Below are positions 13,621 to 27,555 of a DNA stretch of 64,000 nt, in pieces; the stretch's first letter is position 1, and each line of letters starts with the position of its first letter. The stretch covers positions 12,906,698 through 12,970,697 of the forward strand of contig OZ037765.1 of assembly GCA_964035545.1 (NCBI GenBank), read 5' to 3'. The translations under genes and the position numbers were made by a program. The notes below the pieces were generated by a model. It was not told the origin of the DNA and did no database searches. It saw nothing but the letters and a program-made list of their open reading frames with translations. Source of the stretch: Bugula neritina (Eukaryota > Animalia > Bryozoa).

Positions 13621-16600
13621 TCAATTGAGTGAGTTTATCAAAGATTCAGGCAGAATAGATATACTCAGTTTATGTTCCGGCCAACAGAATACCTCCGGTT
13701 CCTTTACCTAATCAATAGCAACACAAGTGATGGCATTTCCTATCACACAACCAGGAGGCAGTTACAGTAAAACATAAATGATAGGCCTGCATGAACATAC
13801 GTTAAACAGCTGCACATAAATTTGACAAGTAGGATTGGGCATCTTAAAGAGTACTCATTTTACTCAACATGGTTCGATGCCACCACAAAAATATGTTCTT
13901 TATAACTTTAAACAGTCATTTATACTTCCTTAATGCCTATTTGCCTTCTTACATTATAAAATTTATTTTAATGCCTATACTTTTATTTAGTAAGCTTTGC
14001 CAGTAACACAGGAAGTACTAAGTGGCAGGAGACAAGCATACAGTTTTAAAAGTACATGGGGTGGAACCTGATATTGTAAAATAATGCAAGCCTTTCATAT
14101 GCTATTTTCATAACCTACAGTAACCCCATAACCTGCAGTAACACCATAACCTACAGTGACACCATAACCTACAGTAACACCATAACCTACAGTAACACCA
14201 TAACCTACAGTAACACCAGAACCTACAGTGACACCATAACCTACAGTAACACCAGAACCTACAGTGACACCATAACCTACAGTAACACCATAACCTACAG
14301 TGAAATATGAGTAATTACTTTGTGAGGAGAAGCAATTATTGATTTACTTCTGTACAACTTTTTGCAACGTCTTCTAATTTAATTATCAGCTCATATAGAC
14401 AAATCCAAACTACACACACATCAAACACACACCTGATTCTGCTCACTAAGGAAGTCTAGCTCTTGAGCGAGCTGCTGGATGAAATCTTCTTGAAGGAGCA
14501 CTTGTAGCCAAGTGCCGTGAATGGCATACTTGTGTTCATTGTCCACAATAGCTCCGTCAACTGATGGTGACACAAGCGTCACTGCCGACTCATTTAAAGA
14601 GTTTTTAAATGTGAAATGGCGGCCATGTTTCAACCTACCCCTACAAATATACAGGATTCAGCATCACAACATCAATAAAGTAAGCAAAATTGAACTACAC
14701 TGTTGAAGAAGTAAGTAGAATACATTTTCTTAAAGCCAAATCCAAAAATATAATGCTTGTCCAACAGCTGTACATATATTATATATTATGTAATGTATGC
14801 AATCAACATATATTTCCCAGACAGAATTTAGCAGTGAAATGCAAAATTTCACTAAACAGAAAAATCCAAGGTATTCATCAAACAAAACCAGCATTTAAAA
14901 TTAACTTTACTAATGGTTAAGCTGTATAAAACTTTTTTTATTTCATATTTAGACCAAAATTGGTATATTATAGGTGCATATGCGTTGCTACTATTGTACC
15001 TTGACATGCAGCAAATAGTGACTAGCATACCGTAAAGCCAAGGGTAGTAGAGCCCCAGTCTCACTGTTGAACTTTAGATGGAGAGAATCTAGAGATTTGG
15101 TGCGGACCAACTCTATAGGCTGATCTGCTGTATAGTTGCTGTCCAGACTGTCTTTGCGAGCACTGCAACTCAAAGCATCACCCAACATGCAGTTATTGTG
15201 CTGAGCATACACAGAGTTGACTGTACCAAACTGGTCAAAGTAGAAAACATGAATGAGATTGTATAAACTCCCGTTCACATTGAGAGTTCCACCTTAAACC
15301 CTTTTCATAAAGTCATACAATGTTACAATGTTAGCTGAGCAATGTGACTCGAGCAATATTACTTATATAATAAAATAGGAATAAGAGTTTACTCATGAAT
15401 CCATTCCTTATTACAAAATCATATTTAATAACATTTCATCTACTTGAAGCAATATTAAAATTGTAGTACATGAAGAAAATTTAAACTAGCAATGGCATAT
15501 ATTGTAAAGGTGCAGCAAGATTGGTATTATTCTGCTTAATGTTGGAGTGTAGAACAAGTATGGTATTAGGGTGCTGGGTGGGTTATCACTTACATACTTG
15601 AAGTGGTGGCAGAGAAATGCCTGTATTATAAAGGCAGCTGACATGTAGATGATAGAGATTGTAGTATGCATGTACCGCCAGCTCTATAATATGCAGTCTA
15701 AGCATAGACACAGCATTCAATGTACAGCACAACCAGCACAGTGGCCAGCTGCTGTAACTAAGTCTAATGACTATGCAAGTTATATGTAGACTACCTTTCA
15801 CTGCTTTGGGCGCAGCCAGTCCGGCTATCAACCTGATTAGGCTGATGATGACCAGATCTCAAACCCTTCTGAAGCATGGACTTGATTTTCTCTGTATCTA
15901 AATATCACACACAATATTTGAATTAAGTTCAACTTGTATGACATTGTGCCAATAAATAATATATTCCACACACCAGCACAGGACATAGAAGGATGCAACT
16001 AATAATAGCAGCAAACACATGCTGGCAAAACAAGTTCAATTTGAAGCTTGAAGTAAACACAATTCTGGCCAAACACCATAAGTAGTAACATGACTTTGAA
16101 AAGGTTTAATTTGAACAGTTACAGTCATGACTTTAAAGTTAATCTAGTGTACAGCCTGTATTGGATAATGAAATGTGCAATGTCACCATACTGGTGTTCA
16201 TTTAACTCTTCACTTTTCAAAATAACTATTGGAAATATCAAGTAGAAGAAATATGTGAGCATGAAAGCAGTTCCTGACTCTAATGATGGTAAAATATTTG
16301 TGTAAAGTGGCTCAGTGCTGTAGGCGTAGGAGAAAACAATACATACAACTGATACAGATATTTGTACATATATACATGATTTATCCGTTGATGTTAACCA
16401 ATAGCAAATACAATGAATTATTGCTGGGGAGGGGAAGTGCAAAGATTCTATTTAACTTATATAAATGGCATAAAATTGTAAAGCAGCAATACCCAATAGT
16501 GTATCAAGTAACAAATGTGCTTAGAAAACCATTCTGTAAATGCACTTATACATATTGAGGGAATGTGTATGAGTTTATAATATACATATTGACACATAGA

Positions 16601-19479
16601 AGATAATGTAGATTACGAATAAAGAGAGGTTTAGTAACTATACCGGTAGCAGATAACTGTGGTGAAACACCATTATTCTGTTGAGCACACAACTCTGTAT
16701 TTCTTGTCTCATCTTCATTGGGCTGAGCCTCTTCCCAGTAAATAAAGCCACTAACTCCACTCAAGTTGGACCCTTCTTGCTCTATACCTACGGAACAATG
16801 AGTTTATGGTTGAAAACCAAAATTTTAGATTTATTTTACGAAAGTTCCACGTTGAAATTTTTCAATAAAATCTCCAACAGAAAGGAACTGAGTAAAACCA
16901 TACAGTGTCTTAGTAAATACCTACATGTAAGTTTCATGTAAGTCAAAAGAGAGTACAACTTGTGAATTTTCCACAAGCTATATTTGCCAATATTGGTTGC
17001 CTTTTGCAATGACAAAATATATGCAATATGTTTAACCTGATAAAGCACACAGTTAAAGAAGTCAGGAATTGGTTTTCCACAATTATAACATTACCTAAAC
17101 AAATTGTAGAAAATAGGAACACATTTTAAAGAAATCCATGTGATTTGCTAAAATTCGCAAAATTGAATGTTTCAAAAAATGAGTATAACTTTCGATTACC
17201 ATTGCTATAACATGGCTGTAAAATGCAAATTTTCAGCCTAATTAAATATTTTGTATGCCTAGTTTAATTTTTTGAACTACTTATTTGAAGTACTTTGAAC
17301 CTCCATTCTTTGAAAGAGCACAAACATTTACAACAAAAAAATCACGAAGGTCTTTTAACAGTCATTATATTTTATAATACAATGCATATCCTTATTCTTA
17401 TAAACAGTAAATTTATATAAACATGGTTTGACCACATTTTTTAAGTCATCCTCACAACATATGCATTATAAAGTTGAAACATGACAGCCAGTACACACAC
17501 CCACCTTGCTCAAGTCTCTCTTGGAAACTGGAATCCAAATCAAATATTGTTTCACCTCTTCTCATATCTGTGATTAGCCAGGGACCACCGGCACTGCAGT
17601 ATATAATTATTCTGTAGTAATAGTGAATATATTCAACTCATTTCTCTAAACAATAAAAAACTCCTACGCTCAGATAACATCAGATATATATTTGTTTCAC
17701 ATTCTAGCATTTCTCTTGTCTCCACTTCTATTGAGCTCGTAAGCAAAAAAATAAAATAAAATAATGTCTTTGAGTGGAGAAAAGAAACATTTGCTTCCAA
17801 AAATTAAAGTTGCTTAGTTTTATTAAAGGGTAAAAACCAACCTTGATATGTTTCTAAGCAGTTCCAGAACTCCGGGGCCATTCCAATGCTGAGCCGCTTT
17901 CAACTCTTCCGTGCAAACCCCGACAATTTGAATGAAGTTAACGAATCCAAAAGGAGACTGCGTAGGATAGAGCTGAGCATCCTCTGCCATTAGCATGTGT
18001 TGGATTCTAGACTCTGTCTGGTCTAGAGGACTGTGCCAGGATACATGATCTCCACTTTGTAAGATGTTGTCTAGCAATACGTTTCAAAACTCATCAAAGG
18101 GTGATAAAACTCAGATTGCCATATGATAAAAGATACGAATTATGCAAATAATATAATTTATTCCGAACAAAACTCTAGAGGGGATACATGATACATGATT
18201 ATAAGTATGTTAGAAAAGACAACTCCTAATTATCTGCAACCACAAGACCTACTAAACACCTCATTTAAAAACTAGTAGGAAGCATTTATTTTTAATTTTC
18301 AAAGCGCTTGGTTTAAAAACAGGAAATTGTCAAAATAAGTATTCAGCTAAAAGCATCAGTTAAGTTAGTCAGCTAAGAGCATAACCCAAAGTTCTTGGCA
18401 CTTCATGTTGGAACCAACAGACAAGACAGTGTATAGGCCTACCTGACTGAAAGACGTAACGGGCTAGAGCCTGCATCAGCACAGCAGGCCATGTGGGCGG
18501 GGCAGTTTCCCCTGGCTCTCTCTTCAGTCTGAAGGTCAACTCAAAACCATATCCACTGGCTTCATCTGCAGCACTTCGTCTAAATAAATAAAAAAAAATA
18601 TAAAAGAACAGACTTTATAAGATCAATGAAAATAAAAGAATTGATTTCTTAATCTATTTAAAGAGCAAAAGTATAATTGCTTCAGGTAGGAGTATTACAT
18701 AAGAATTACACGTAGCACATACTCATGGACTCTGCCATCTCCATGGAGGTCAGACAGACCTAAGCTTACATAGTGCCAGTGTGGGGGAATATGACGGGAT
18801 TCGTTTCCTACATTCTCATACATTGATATGTAGTCTAGTGGGTCGGGCCCATCCAACCTAGAGGTGAAGAATTGAGTTATGCTAAGCATTGTGCTATAAT
18901 AAGGCATATAGTGTAAAGGTATACTGACAAATTAACATTACTGTTTATTAATTTAATGTCTCAAGAAGTGTTTTGATATGGTCAACATAATCTCAGGCTC
19001 GTATTTAACCTGAGTGCATTGATTTATGAAAAGGCAGGGCTGATCTACAAAAAATTTTACTGCCTCAAATGTTTATAAAACAAAAACTGAATACAGTCAA
19101 ACCAAATAATTGTATTACTAAAATAACTCTATAACTTTTTCTCTCGTTCTAAAAACATCAAATTATGATAGAAGCACAACAAATCAAGCAAACTATTAGC
19201 GATCACTAATAATGCCTACCAATACTTTCGAACTGCAGTAACTTGCAAAGGATTAGGCTGACTTTTGTAGATTGATGAGCATGCATTATAGACTGCCAGC
19301 ACTCCCGGTGGGACACTGGGCTGCACAGGTGTCCTAGCTGATGAGCTTGCAGGCGGATGAATCGGCCGACTGTCGGGTTGAGAGGTAGTCGAGTGTGACG
19401 GCTGGTGAGGCGGGAGCTCAACTTCAGCTGGTTTGTTTGACTTGGAGATCTCATTCTGACCTGAGTTCGAACTCATCAT
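13621..19479 (-). CDS. SUFU: Suppressor of fused (Hedgehog pathway)
   Basis: Exons approx. 19479-19219, 18857-18723, 18578-18443, 18070-17842, 17594-17505, 16778-16643, 15897-15795, 15162-15031, 14640-14433, 13707-13621. Hallmark peptides: QPNPLQVTAVRKYW, GPDPLDYISMY, HWHYVSLGLSDLHGDGRVH, GDHVSWHSPLD, RKDSLDS, LHLKFNSETGALLPL, GRLKHGRHFTFK, and C-terminal FCWPEHKLSISILP. Confidence 0.96.
14109..14301. repeat. 18-bp minisatellite (CATAACCTACAGTAACAC)n, about 11 units, in the last SUFU intron
   Basis: Directly visible tandem array with few variants (CAGAACC, GTGACAC). Confidence 0.95.
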
Positions 19480-19612
19480 CTCATGGAGGCCTACAGCAGA
19501 GACATCGAGATCACTTGAAATAAACTGAATAAGAAAGTACAGCTGCCACTAAACTGACATCAACATTATCAAGCTTAAATAATTTAGTTATTTGTATCTA
19601 TGTACATATAAA

Positions 19613-19815
19613 AGGAGCAGTTGTAGTCTAAAGCACTGGCTTAGTGAAGCATGAGGTCATGGGTTTGCTCCCCAGTAAAATCCATTGGTAATGTTAGGAA
19701 GATCATCCAGTCTTAATTGCTCCTGTGTCACATATGAATAAGTCGGTAGCGTGCTTTAAAAAACCATTTCCATCAGGGGTTTTCACAGGGATGATGACTA
19801 TAAACTTGTGTTAGT
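19613..19815 (+). mobile_element. tRNA-derived SINE with target-site duplication
   Basis: Degenerate tRNA-like head (GCAGTTGTAGTCTAAAGCACTGGC...GAGGTCATGGGTTTGCTCCCC) and body GTTAGGAAGATCATCCAGTC. Flanked by the direct repeat TATCTATGTACATATAAA at 19595-19612 and 19816-19833. Confidence 0.7.
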
Positions 19816-22159
19816 TATCTATGTACATATAAATATGGTGAAACTTATATATACATTTATTGAAATATCCCATAGTGAAAAATTCTGAGGAGTTACTTAC
19901 TTTATCTACAGAATAAATTTTTTCATGCTGCGTTCGTCTATGCAATCACTACGAGAGGCTTTGGTGGTTGATTGAGCTCTGCTATTAGCAAAAAATACAA
20001 CACAGTTCAATCAACTAACAAATCAAGTATGAAAACTAAGATGCTATACTTCATTGTACACCTACATACTTAAAAGCATCAACTGAAAAATACCTTAATT
20101 GATATTATAGGACCCATGAGACAGAACGTTCTACTGTCTATAATATATATTGATGAACGCTTGAACTTTCACTGCTATGGAGTTATAAAAGCAGCAGCTC
20201 ACTACCAACAAAAATATCTGAAACATTTTGCAGTGACATGAAATAGTTTCGGTTTATTTGTGAGAGGGCACTGAACAACATGAATTATATAAAATTGCTG
20301 GCCATCCTGACAATTTGATCCAGTTTCTGACCTCATGATCTATTTCAGCAAAGTTTAAGTTAAACTATTTATGCCAAGTTTTGTCTTGATCATTTGTTCA
20401 TTCCCGCTTAGCTACTTTTGTGTAGCAACTTAGATAAGTAGAAGCTAAACATGAAAATAATTTCTATTAGAACAACTATTATTGAACTTACACAACAGCC
20501 CCAAATAAAGTTCAATACTAATACAGAAACATCTGATATTAAATAAATAAAATGGTATAATTTATAAATTGTCAAAATGTGTAGGGTATGTTTTACGAAT
20601 AAATTTAAATATGGAAGAAAACAAACTGCATATACAACATAATATTTAAAAATAGTTTTGCAATTAAAGTAATACATGGATGCATTAAGTAGTTATGGGA
20701 AGGCAAGTAGATAATTTACAGCTAAAGACTTGAAGTGATGAAAGAAATGAAAAGTTAATTTTGAAAATATATGTTTTGAGCTTTTTATAATTTGAATGTT
20801 GTAACTAAAATTATCAACAATGATCGCTTTAAGTTATGCAAATTATTTCTAGTGATTGCAGCCAAAAATAAAATATATACAGCATTTGCAAAAAGTCAAC
20901 CAAATAAAACAGAATGAAATTATTCAATTTAATGCTAGAGCTTCAAGTAAATAACTACACACTTTTTTATATTCATATTAGCAAATCAACTTAGTATAAA
21001 TATGACTCATCAAAAAAACTGTAATTTTAACACTAACTGGAAACATTACTGATACTTAGACTATGTGACACAAACTGCCAATCTTAATCTAAATCACACA
21101 CAGCAATAGCGTACTGCTAGGCTTATTTATAGCTTCAGTGTGCTCAACGAGAGTCTCAAGAAATGTAGCATTAACTCAACCACTTATAGTAATCATGACC
21201 ACAAGTTTTTACCTTACTTCATATTATATAATCATAACCATACCTTCAAATAAATACACACTAGACAACTAGACAATCCTAACATGTTTAGGATTGAGCA
21301 ATAGATTAACACAATAGCCTATAAATTAGTTGTAGTGAGTTGCACAGATCACTTAGCAAATAACAGTTTGGTTAAGTCTGTGAAAAGATTCCGTTAGAGT
21401 TGTTCTTAAGGGCTCTGGTTGTCTGTGATAGAATGCTATAGTTACTTCAATTAATTGAAACTGAAATAAACTTATCAACTACTAGCCTTATATTCATCAT
21501 TAGTATTACCAACAGTACTTAGGCTGATCGATTCCTTTAAAGACAATTGCCATTTAACTTTAACTCTGATTGATTTTCATTTATAACATTAAGTTAAATT
21601 TAATTAGAAATTCTACTTGTAACAGTGACTGAATTAGGCTGCTACTGCAATTGCTACCAAAACTATTAATTTTACATTAAATTCAAACTTTACAGTTTAA
21701 ACTCAATTCGATATTGACAATATCAATATGAATATTTAAAAGTTATAACTTATATTTATAATTATAAATTTAAAGACAACGCAATATTTATATAGTTAAC
21801 GTTATACTAATACAGTAATTATATAATTATAGTATTACTATTAGTATGTTTACATTCATATTGCGACTAACAGTAACTCAGTCGAATAATTCAATCTCAA
21901 TTTCCACTTGAGCTAAATTTAAATTAAATTCAGTACGATTATCATGATCATTGCTATTACTATTAGTATTAGCATTACATTTAGTTTTACTTTGTTAATA
22001 TTACCCATAATATTAATAGTGCTAATAGTAATAGTAATAGTAATTGACACTAAGTGAATTACTATCACTATCAGTATCTCACTATCTGTATCAGTAATTT
22101 AAAATTACATTTTATTATTAATATAATTATAATAATAATATATTTTACTTCAGTGGTAC

Positions 22160-22505
22160 TGGTAATACTAATAGAGTAATACTAATACTAATAGTAATAG
22201 ACTAATACTAATAGTAATAGACTAATACTAATAGTAATAGACTAATACTAATAGTAATAGTAATAGACTAATACTAATAGTAATAGACTAATACTAAGTC
22301 TAATACTAATACTAATAGTAATAGTAATACTAATAGTAATAGTAATACTAATACTAGTACTAGTAGTAATACTAATACTAATAGTAATAATATAGTAATA
22401 CTAATACTAATAGTAATAGTATTAGTAATAGTAATACTAATACTATAAGTATAACTATTAGTATTAGTATTACTATTAGTATTACTATTAGTAATAGTAT
22501 TACTA
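22160..22505. repeat. (ACTAAT/AGTAAT)n low-complexity satellite with a strand-flipped terminal segment
   Basis: Tandem TAATACTAATAGTAATAGAC-type units. About 22455-22505 reads as the reverse complement (ATTAGTATTACT). Confidence 0.9.
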
Positions 22506-22734
22506 ATTGATAAATTTAATTATAAATTAATATTTATAAAATTATATTAATATAAATTAATTTATAATTAAAATATTGATGTCAAAAAACCCTTTTTAAC
22601 ACAGGGTTATAAGTATATACATCACTCTGCTTTTTAACGCTAATTTTGGCATCTGGTCACAGAAAAAGAAACACACCTGCAACTGTAAGTTTATAAGTAA
22701 TAGTATTCACAGTGATATTTGACTTAGTCAAGTA

Positions 22735-22905
22735 CTTCACCCGTACGTCGTTTTGATTTTTCGGTTTGGTTTATTAATCAATACTTCAGCTTGAGATTTG
22801 TCTACTTTTACATTACAAAAACACGCGCGAGGACAACCCGAAACTAGCTACTTGCGCTAGAAAGTGCACACGCGCAACCTGGTGCCAACATAGGCTCCAC
22901 GTACA
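22735..22905. promoter_or_regulatory. CpG-rich island, candidate promoter/non-coding first exon of SUFU
   Basis: Cluster of CpGs (ACACGCGCGA, CACACGCGCA, CCCGTACGTCG) in roughly 25% GC background. A minus-strand GTGAAG donor lies near 22740, and SUFU has a splice acceptor just upstream of its ATG. Confidence 0.35.
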
Positions 22906-24452
22906 TTTATTATAATCTTAATTATTAATGTTATTGGGGGCAAGGTGCACTAGCTTACATTATTTTACTTTTGATTACTTACTTTCAATATTACTAATAT
23001 ATACTATTAGTTCTCTGTTAATGCTAAGTAGCAAAATTTAATTTATAGCACTAGTTAGCTTGAATGTTGATTTGATAAATGCAGTACATGAACATTATTA
23101 TTATATGAGAAATTGATCACAATTTTCATAATATTTAACATATTCTGCGGATCGAGAAATCTAAATATATTTTGTCACAAGCTAAAATATTTTCCCTTGC
23201 TTGTGTATAAGCTACCATTTCATCAGTTATTTTTATATAGCTCTCTTATTATCCACGTCTTTTGCTATATAGTTGTTATTAGTTTGCACATTAGGTACTA
23301 CAAATTTGTAGTACACTCACAACATAGGCATATAATAGATATAAATAGCATTAAAAGTTTCACCAAAAACAATAAATGAATTGTATAAACCTGTGATAGC
23401 AAAAATAAATTATATTGCCCTAGGGTTGTTTCAATAGGTCTTGAGTCCAGATATATACATGCAAGCCTGTATATGTACTAGAAACTAAAAATTTTCCTGT
23501 ATAGCTTTGTTTATAATTTAATCTGTAGAACTTAATGTTATTTTTCACTGTACCAAGTTTTAATATTTCCTTCCTTTTAAATTCAAAAAAGTGCTTCAAG
23601 TAGCTGCCATATTCTGCTAATTTATTTCTTCTATAATATGATATTGCATACTTTTAACTTTTTAACCCAGTTATTATAATAATGCTAGTATAAATCAAAT
23701 AGGGCCTATTGTGTTTATAAATATTGGCTAAGCACGTAAATTGCCTGTACCAGTTTTGAAAGCCCTAGGGCCTAGGTCAAATTTTATAAGGGTTGATCTT
23801 TATAAATCAACTTATTGTAGCAATGTTCATTTATAGAAATTTAGGGCGCTTTCGGAAAGCGCCCTTACTTTAAGGTATCAATGATTGAGAATGTTGCTAA
23901 TGCAAAAGAGCAAGATAGTTTGATGAATACTGAGTATAAAATGTGCAATAAAAGCAATTTTCAAGATTAGTCAGTCGTTTTTTGCATTATGTAATTTGTG
24001 ATTTAGTGAATAAGTTTTAGAATTAAATAGAATAAGATTTTGAATTTCTGCTATAACTTGTATAGGTTTATTAACCATGTTACAGCTATAGCATTGCATA
24101 ATAAACTCTTCTTCTTTATATAACTTGATTGTTAAATGATTTAACAGGAATTCAAGAACGTTTTTTTAAATTTCACAGCATAGAATAATATAATCTATTT
24201 TAGATAATGTATAGTAATCTTTGGTAATGATAAATCTAAAGGCTGCCATCAAGCCTCATAAATTAAAGCATAAAATCATAGTTAAATAACTTTATACTTA
24301 GTATTATATCTTGCACACTAAATGGTAATCAAACGAAATAAAGAAATGTGTACCAGGAAGAAAAATCAGACTTGATCCAACTACATAATCATTAATTTGT
24401 TCTTTAATAATTCAGGAATGTTGCAGTAACAAGTTCTTCAGGCTTTGTATCT

Positions 24453-27400
24453 CTACACCTGTGCTCTAGAAGGAGGGCTACTGCCTAAAACATGCAGAGA
24501 AGATAATGTCATTAAAACAGAAATATGATTTCGTTATAACTTATAACTGTTTTTTTAGTTTTTCAGCTTTGAACTAAGCACTTTTTATTACTTAGTTGAA
24601 GCATGATATGCTGTAATTTGCAAATAATATGCTGGCATGTTTAGAAACTGTTTTTAATAAAAATTCGCAACCAGCATTACCTAGATAATGTAACATAACA
24701 ATAATTATACACATATGCATGTTGTATAAAATTGCATATAATATATATTTTATATTACTTTGCATTTATAGTATACAATATATTATATTGCATATTACCA
24801 TCAATGTCAGTGAAGCCATACTCCTTAGCCACCTCAGCACACACTAATATTTTTCCTGTCTTCTCAATGAGTTTAGGATCTACAGATAACCCTGGCCTCA
24901 TTACAAATTATAGCAGCTATACACTCCACATACATATCATGCATCATACAAAGTAGAAACATAAAACCATTATTTCTTACATATAGTTACAACTTGGTGA
25001 TATGAAAACATAATGCACTCAGAAAGCTTTGTAATACCACTTACCTGATGCAAGAGCAACCACAGCTTTACCAGAAAACTCCGGACTCTCTCCTTTTGAA
25101 AATATTTTTTCCATTCTGCCACTATCCTGAAATATTAATTCACACCAACTACAATGTTATGAAAGGTTATATCACCACTTTAAGACTGTAAAATAATATT
25201 ATGCCATACCAGAATTGTGCAAAAGTTTTAGCGCCATTAAAATGTATAAAGCTATGAGGTGAATAAGTTTTACTTAATGGGTATATAAAATAAGACGGTT
25301 TACTCCAGTATGTCATAGGGATACAGGCACTTGTACGATATTTAATGTGATCTCAACTCACATCAGCCTTCATAGAATGAGTTATAAGTTCAGTGAGGAC
25401 AGCACCAGGGTAGATAGTTATACAAGGCACTCCATGCTCCTTCAGTTCTACTGCCATATCGGCTGACATTCTATCAACCTGAATGCATTAACAATAATTT
25501 GGGAATGTGCAAAGATGATTAAACTGCCATGCCATCACATCGCAAGGATGCAAAAATTTAAGAGCAAGCATAAAATGTATAGATATCAATGGACATCATA
25601 CTGTTTTGTGATCATTTGTTTTAATTACATGAAAAGTATTATAAAACTGTCAAACTAGAGATATAGTTAAAACTAATTTAGTTTGTAATGTAAAAGTCTA
25701 AATAAAGTGTACTGAGTGTTACTAACTGCAGCCTTTCCAATGCCGTAAGCTACATCAAACAGATAGCTTTTTCCTCCAAAAGAAGAAACATTGAAGATAG
25801 CTCCAGACTTTGCTTCTACCATCATTTGAGCTGCATATGCTGAACAAATATAGTGGTTTCTGCAAATATAAAGGAGTACAATTGTACATATTACGTATAT
25901 ATTACTACTGATTTCCATATTCTGCATTGCAAAAACATAGAAATCAGTAGAAGCTAATACCAAATTTATAGTCCAAAAACTTGTTCTTTTAGGTGTATTA
26001 TCAAAATGAGAAGAGCTACCTTAGTCCGACACCATTGACAAGATCCCACCATCTGCCCGGTTCACCTTCCTTCTGCCAGAACTTCTCACCTGCTTGATGT
26101 GACTTGAAAATTGCCTAAACCCAAATAGTTAAGTGACTGATAATTTCTAGCATCTTTAAAAACAGCAAGTCATTCAAAACTTTTTTATTTGTCTTAAATT
26201 TATTTTATATGCCTTATAAAAATTAGTTCAAATAGGCAAACAACACTGCTTTTGAAACCGAGTATTAAGATATGTGTGTGTTGTGTGTGTGCGTGTATGT
26301 GTTGTGTGTGTTGTGCATGAATGTTGTGCATGCGTGTTGTCAGTGTGGGTGAGTGTGTGTGTTGTATGTGTGTTGTATGTGTGTTGTATGTGTGTTGTAT
26401 GTGTTTTGTGTGTGCTTTGTGTGTGTGGTGCAAATACTTGATGACTCTAGTAAAAGCTTACGGTGACAGCAGCATATGCATTGTTCACAAGGACATCTAA
26501 TCTGCCATGATCTTGTTTGATTCTTTTAAATAAGGCCTTGACCTCTTCATCATTTGAATGGTCACAGACAACTGCTATTCCCTTTCCACCCCTGGCATCA
26601 ATTTCAGTTGCTGTTTCTTTCAAACTACCACCAACAACTGATGCTTCAGTGGAAGATGATCGCCCTAAAAAATAGAACATAAAATTAATGAAAATTATTT
26701 AATAAATAATCAGTTGTAATAGAACAACAATGCACTTATATTTAACATAGAGATTGGTTTATGCTTTTTTTTAGTAAAGTACACTTGGGCTCATATGTTT
26801 TTTTCCTAACTCCCTAAATCTGTGAATATAACAAAATGCTCAATGGACAATAATGATTGTGGGTTATGAGTCTGAACAATACAACTATAATATGGCAATT
26901 GAGCAGCATAGCCTACTACGTCAAGATAATTAATTGTGTAATAGGTACAAAAGCTAACGTGGTGTGAACAATTACAGCAGTCATAGACCGAATGCAATAC
27001 AAGTATCAACATTCAGATATTAGAAGCTAGAAAAAATGGAATACCTGTCCTCTGAAAGTTTATCTAATTGAAAGTGAGCTCTTATTTTTGTATAACATAC
27101 AACATATAACTGACATATAATGTATGATTGTGAATCAAACATGGTTGCATGCAACTAAGCAGAAATTTCCTATACTTTCAATCCTTATGCCAGTTTCATA
27201 ACTACTAACTCCGGCAAACATCTGCTGTAAGTCATCAAAATATCTTGTTGATAGATGCGTGTGCACTCGCCTTCCTGCTTGTGTGTACTAAGCTAAAGTC
27301 AGTTTACATAATGAAATTGTCCAACATGCCTCTTTCAAATCATCTTTATGCTGAAGCATGGTTAAAATAAAATAAACCAATATGATCTAACTATATTGAA

Positions 27401-27555
27401 TACCTTGAAGTTTTTGATAATAAACAATAATTATAAGAAATGTGCGTACCTGTGACATACACCGTAGCTCCAGCTTCTCCCAATTGAACAGCAATTCCTT
27501 TTCCAAGACCCCGACTAGATCCAGTCACCAAACATACTTTTCCAGATAACGCCAT
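24453..27555 (-). CDS. DHRS1: DHRS1-like short-chain dehydrogenase/reductase, paralog A (short C-terminus)
   Basis: 8 exons approx. 27555-27450, 26664-26462, 26114-26020, 25860-25726, 25478-25333, 25127-25044, 24880-24798, 24484-24453. Motifs: TGSSRGLGKG (Rossmann), VCDHS, LDVLVNNAY, YGIGK (YxxxK), GESPEFSGK. Confidence 0.85.
26273..26430. repeat. TG-rich compound microsatellite in a DHRS1-A intron
   Basis: (TGTGTGTTGTA)n/(TG)n visible. It explains the spurious His/Thr-rich ORF 26200-26433. Confidence 0.9.

Noticed and set aside
14109-14301. Regular repeat as a possible CRISPR array
   Set aside because: Head-to-tail 18-mers without unique spacers, in a eukaryotic intron; no cas genes.
26200-26433. 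His/Thr/Gln-rich ORF
   Set aside because: Translation of an intronic (TG)n microsatellite.
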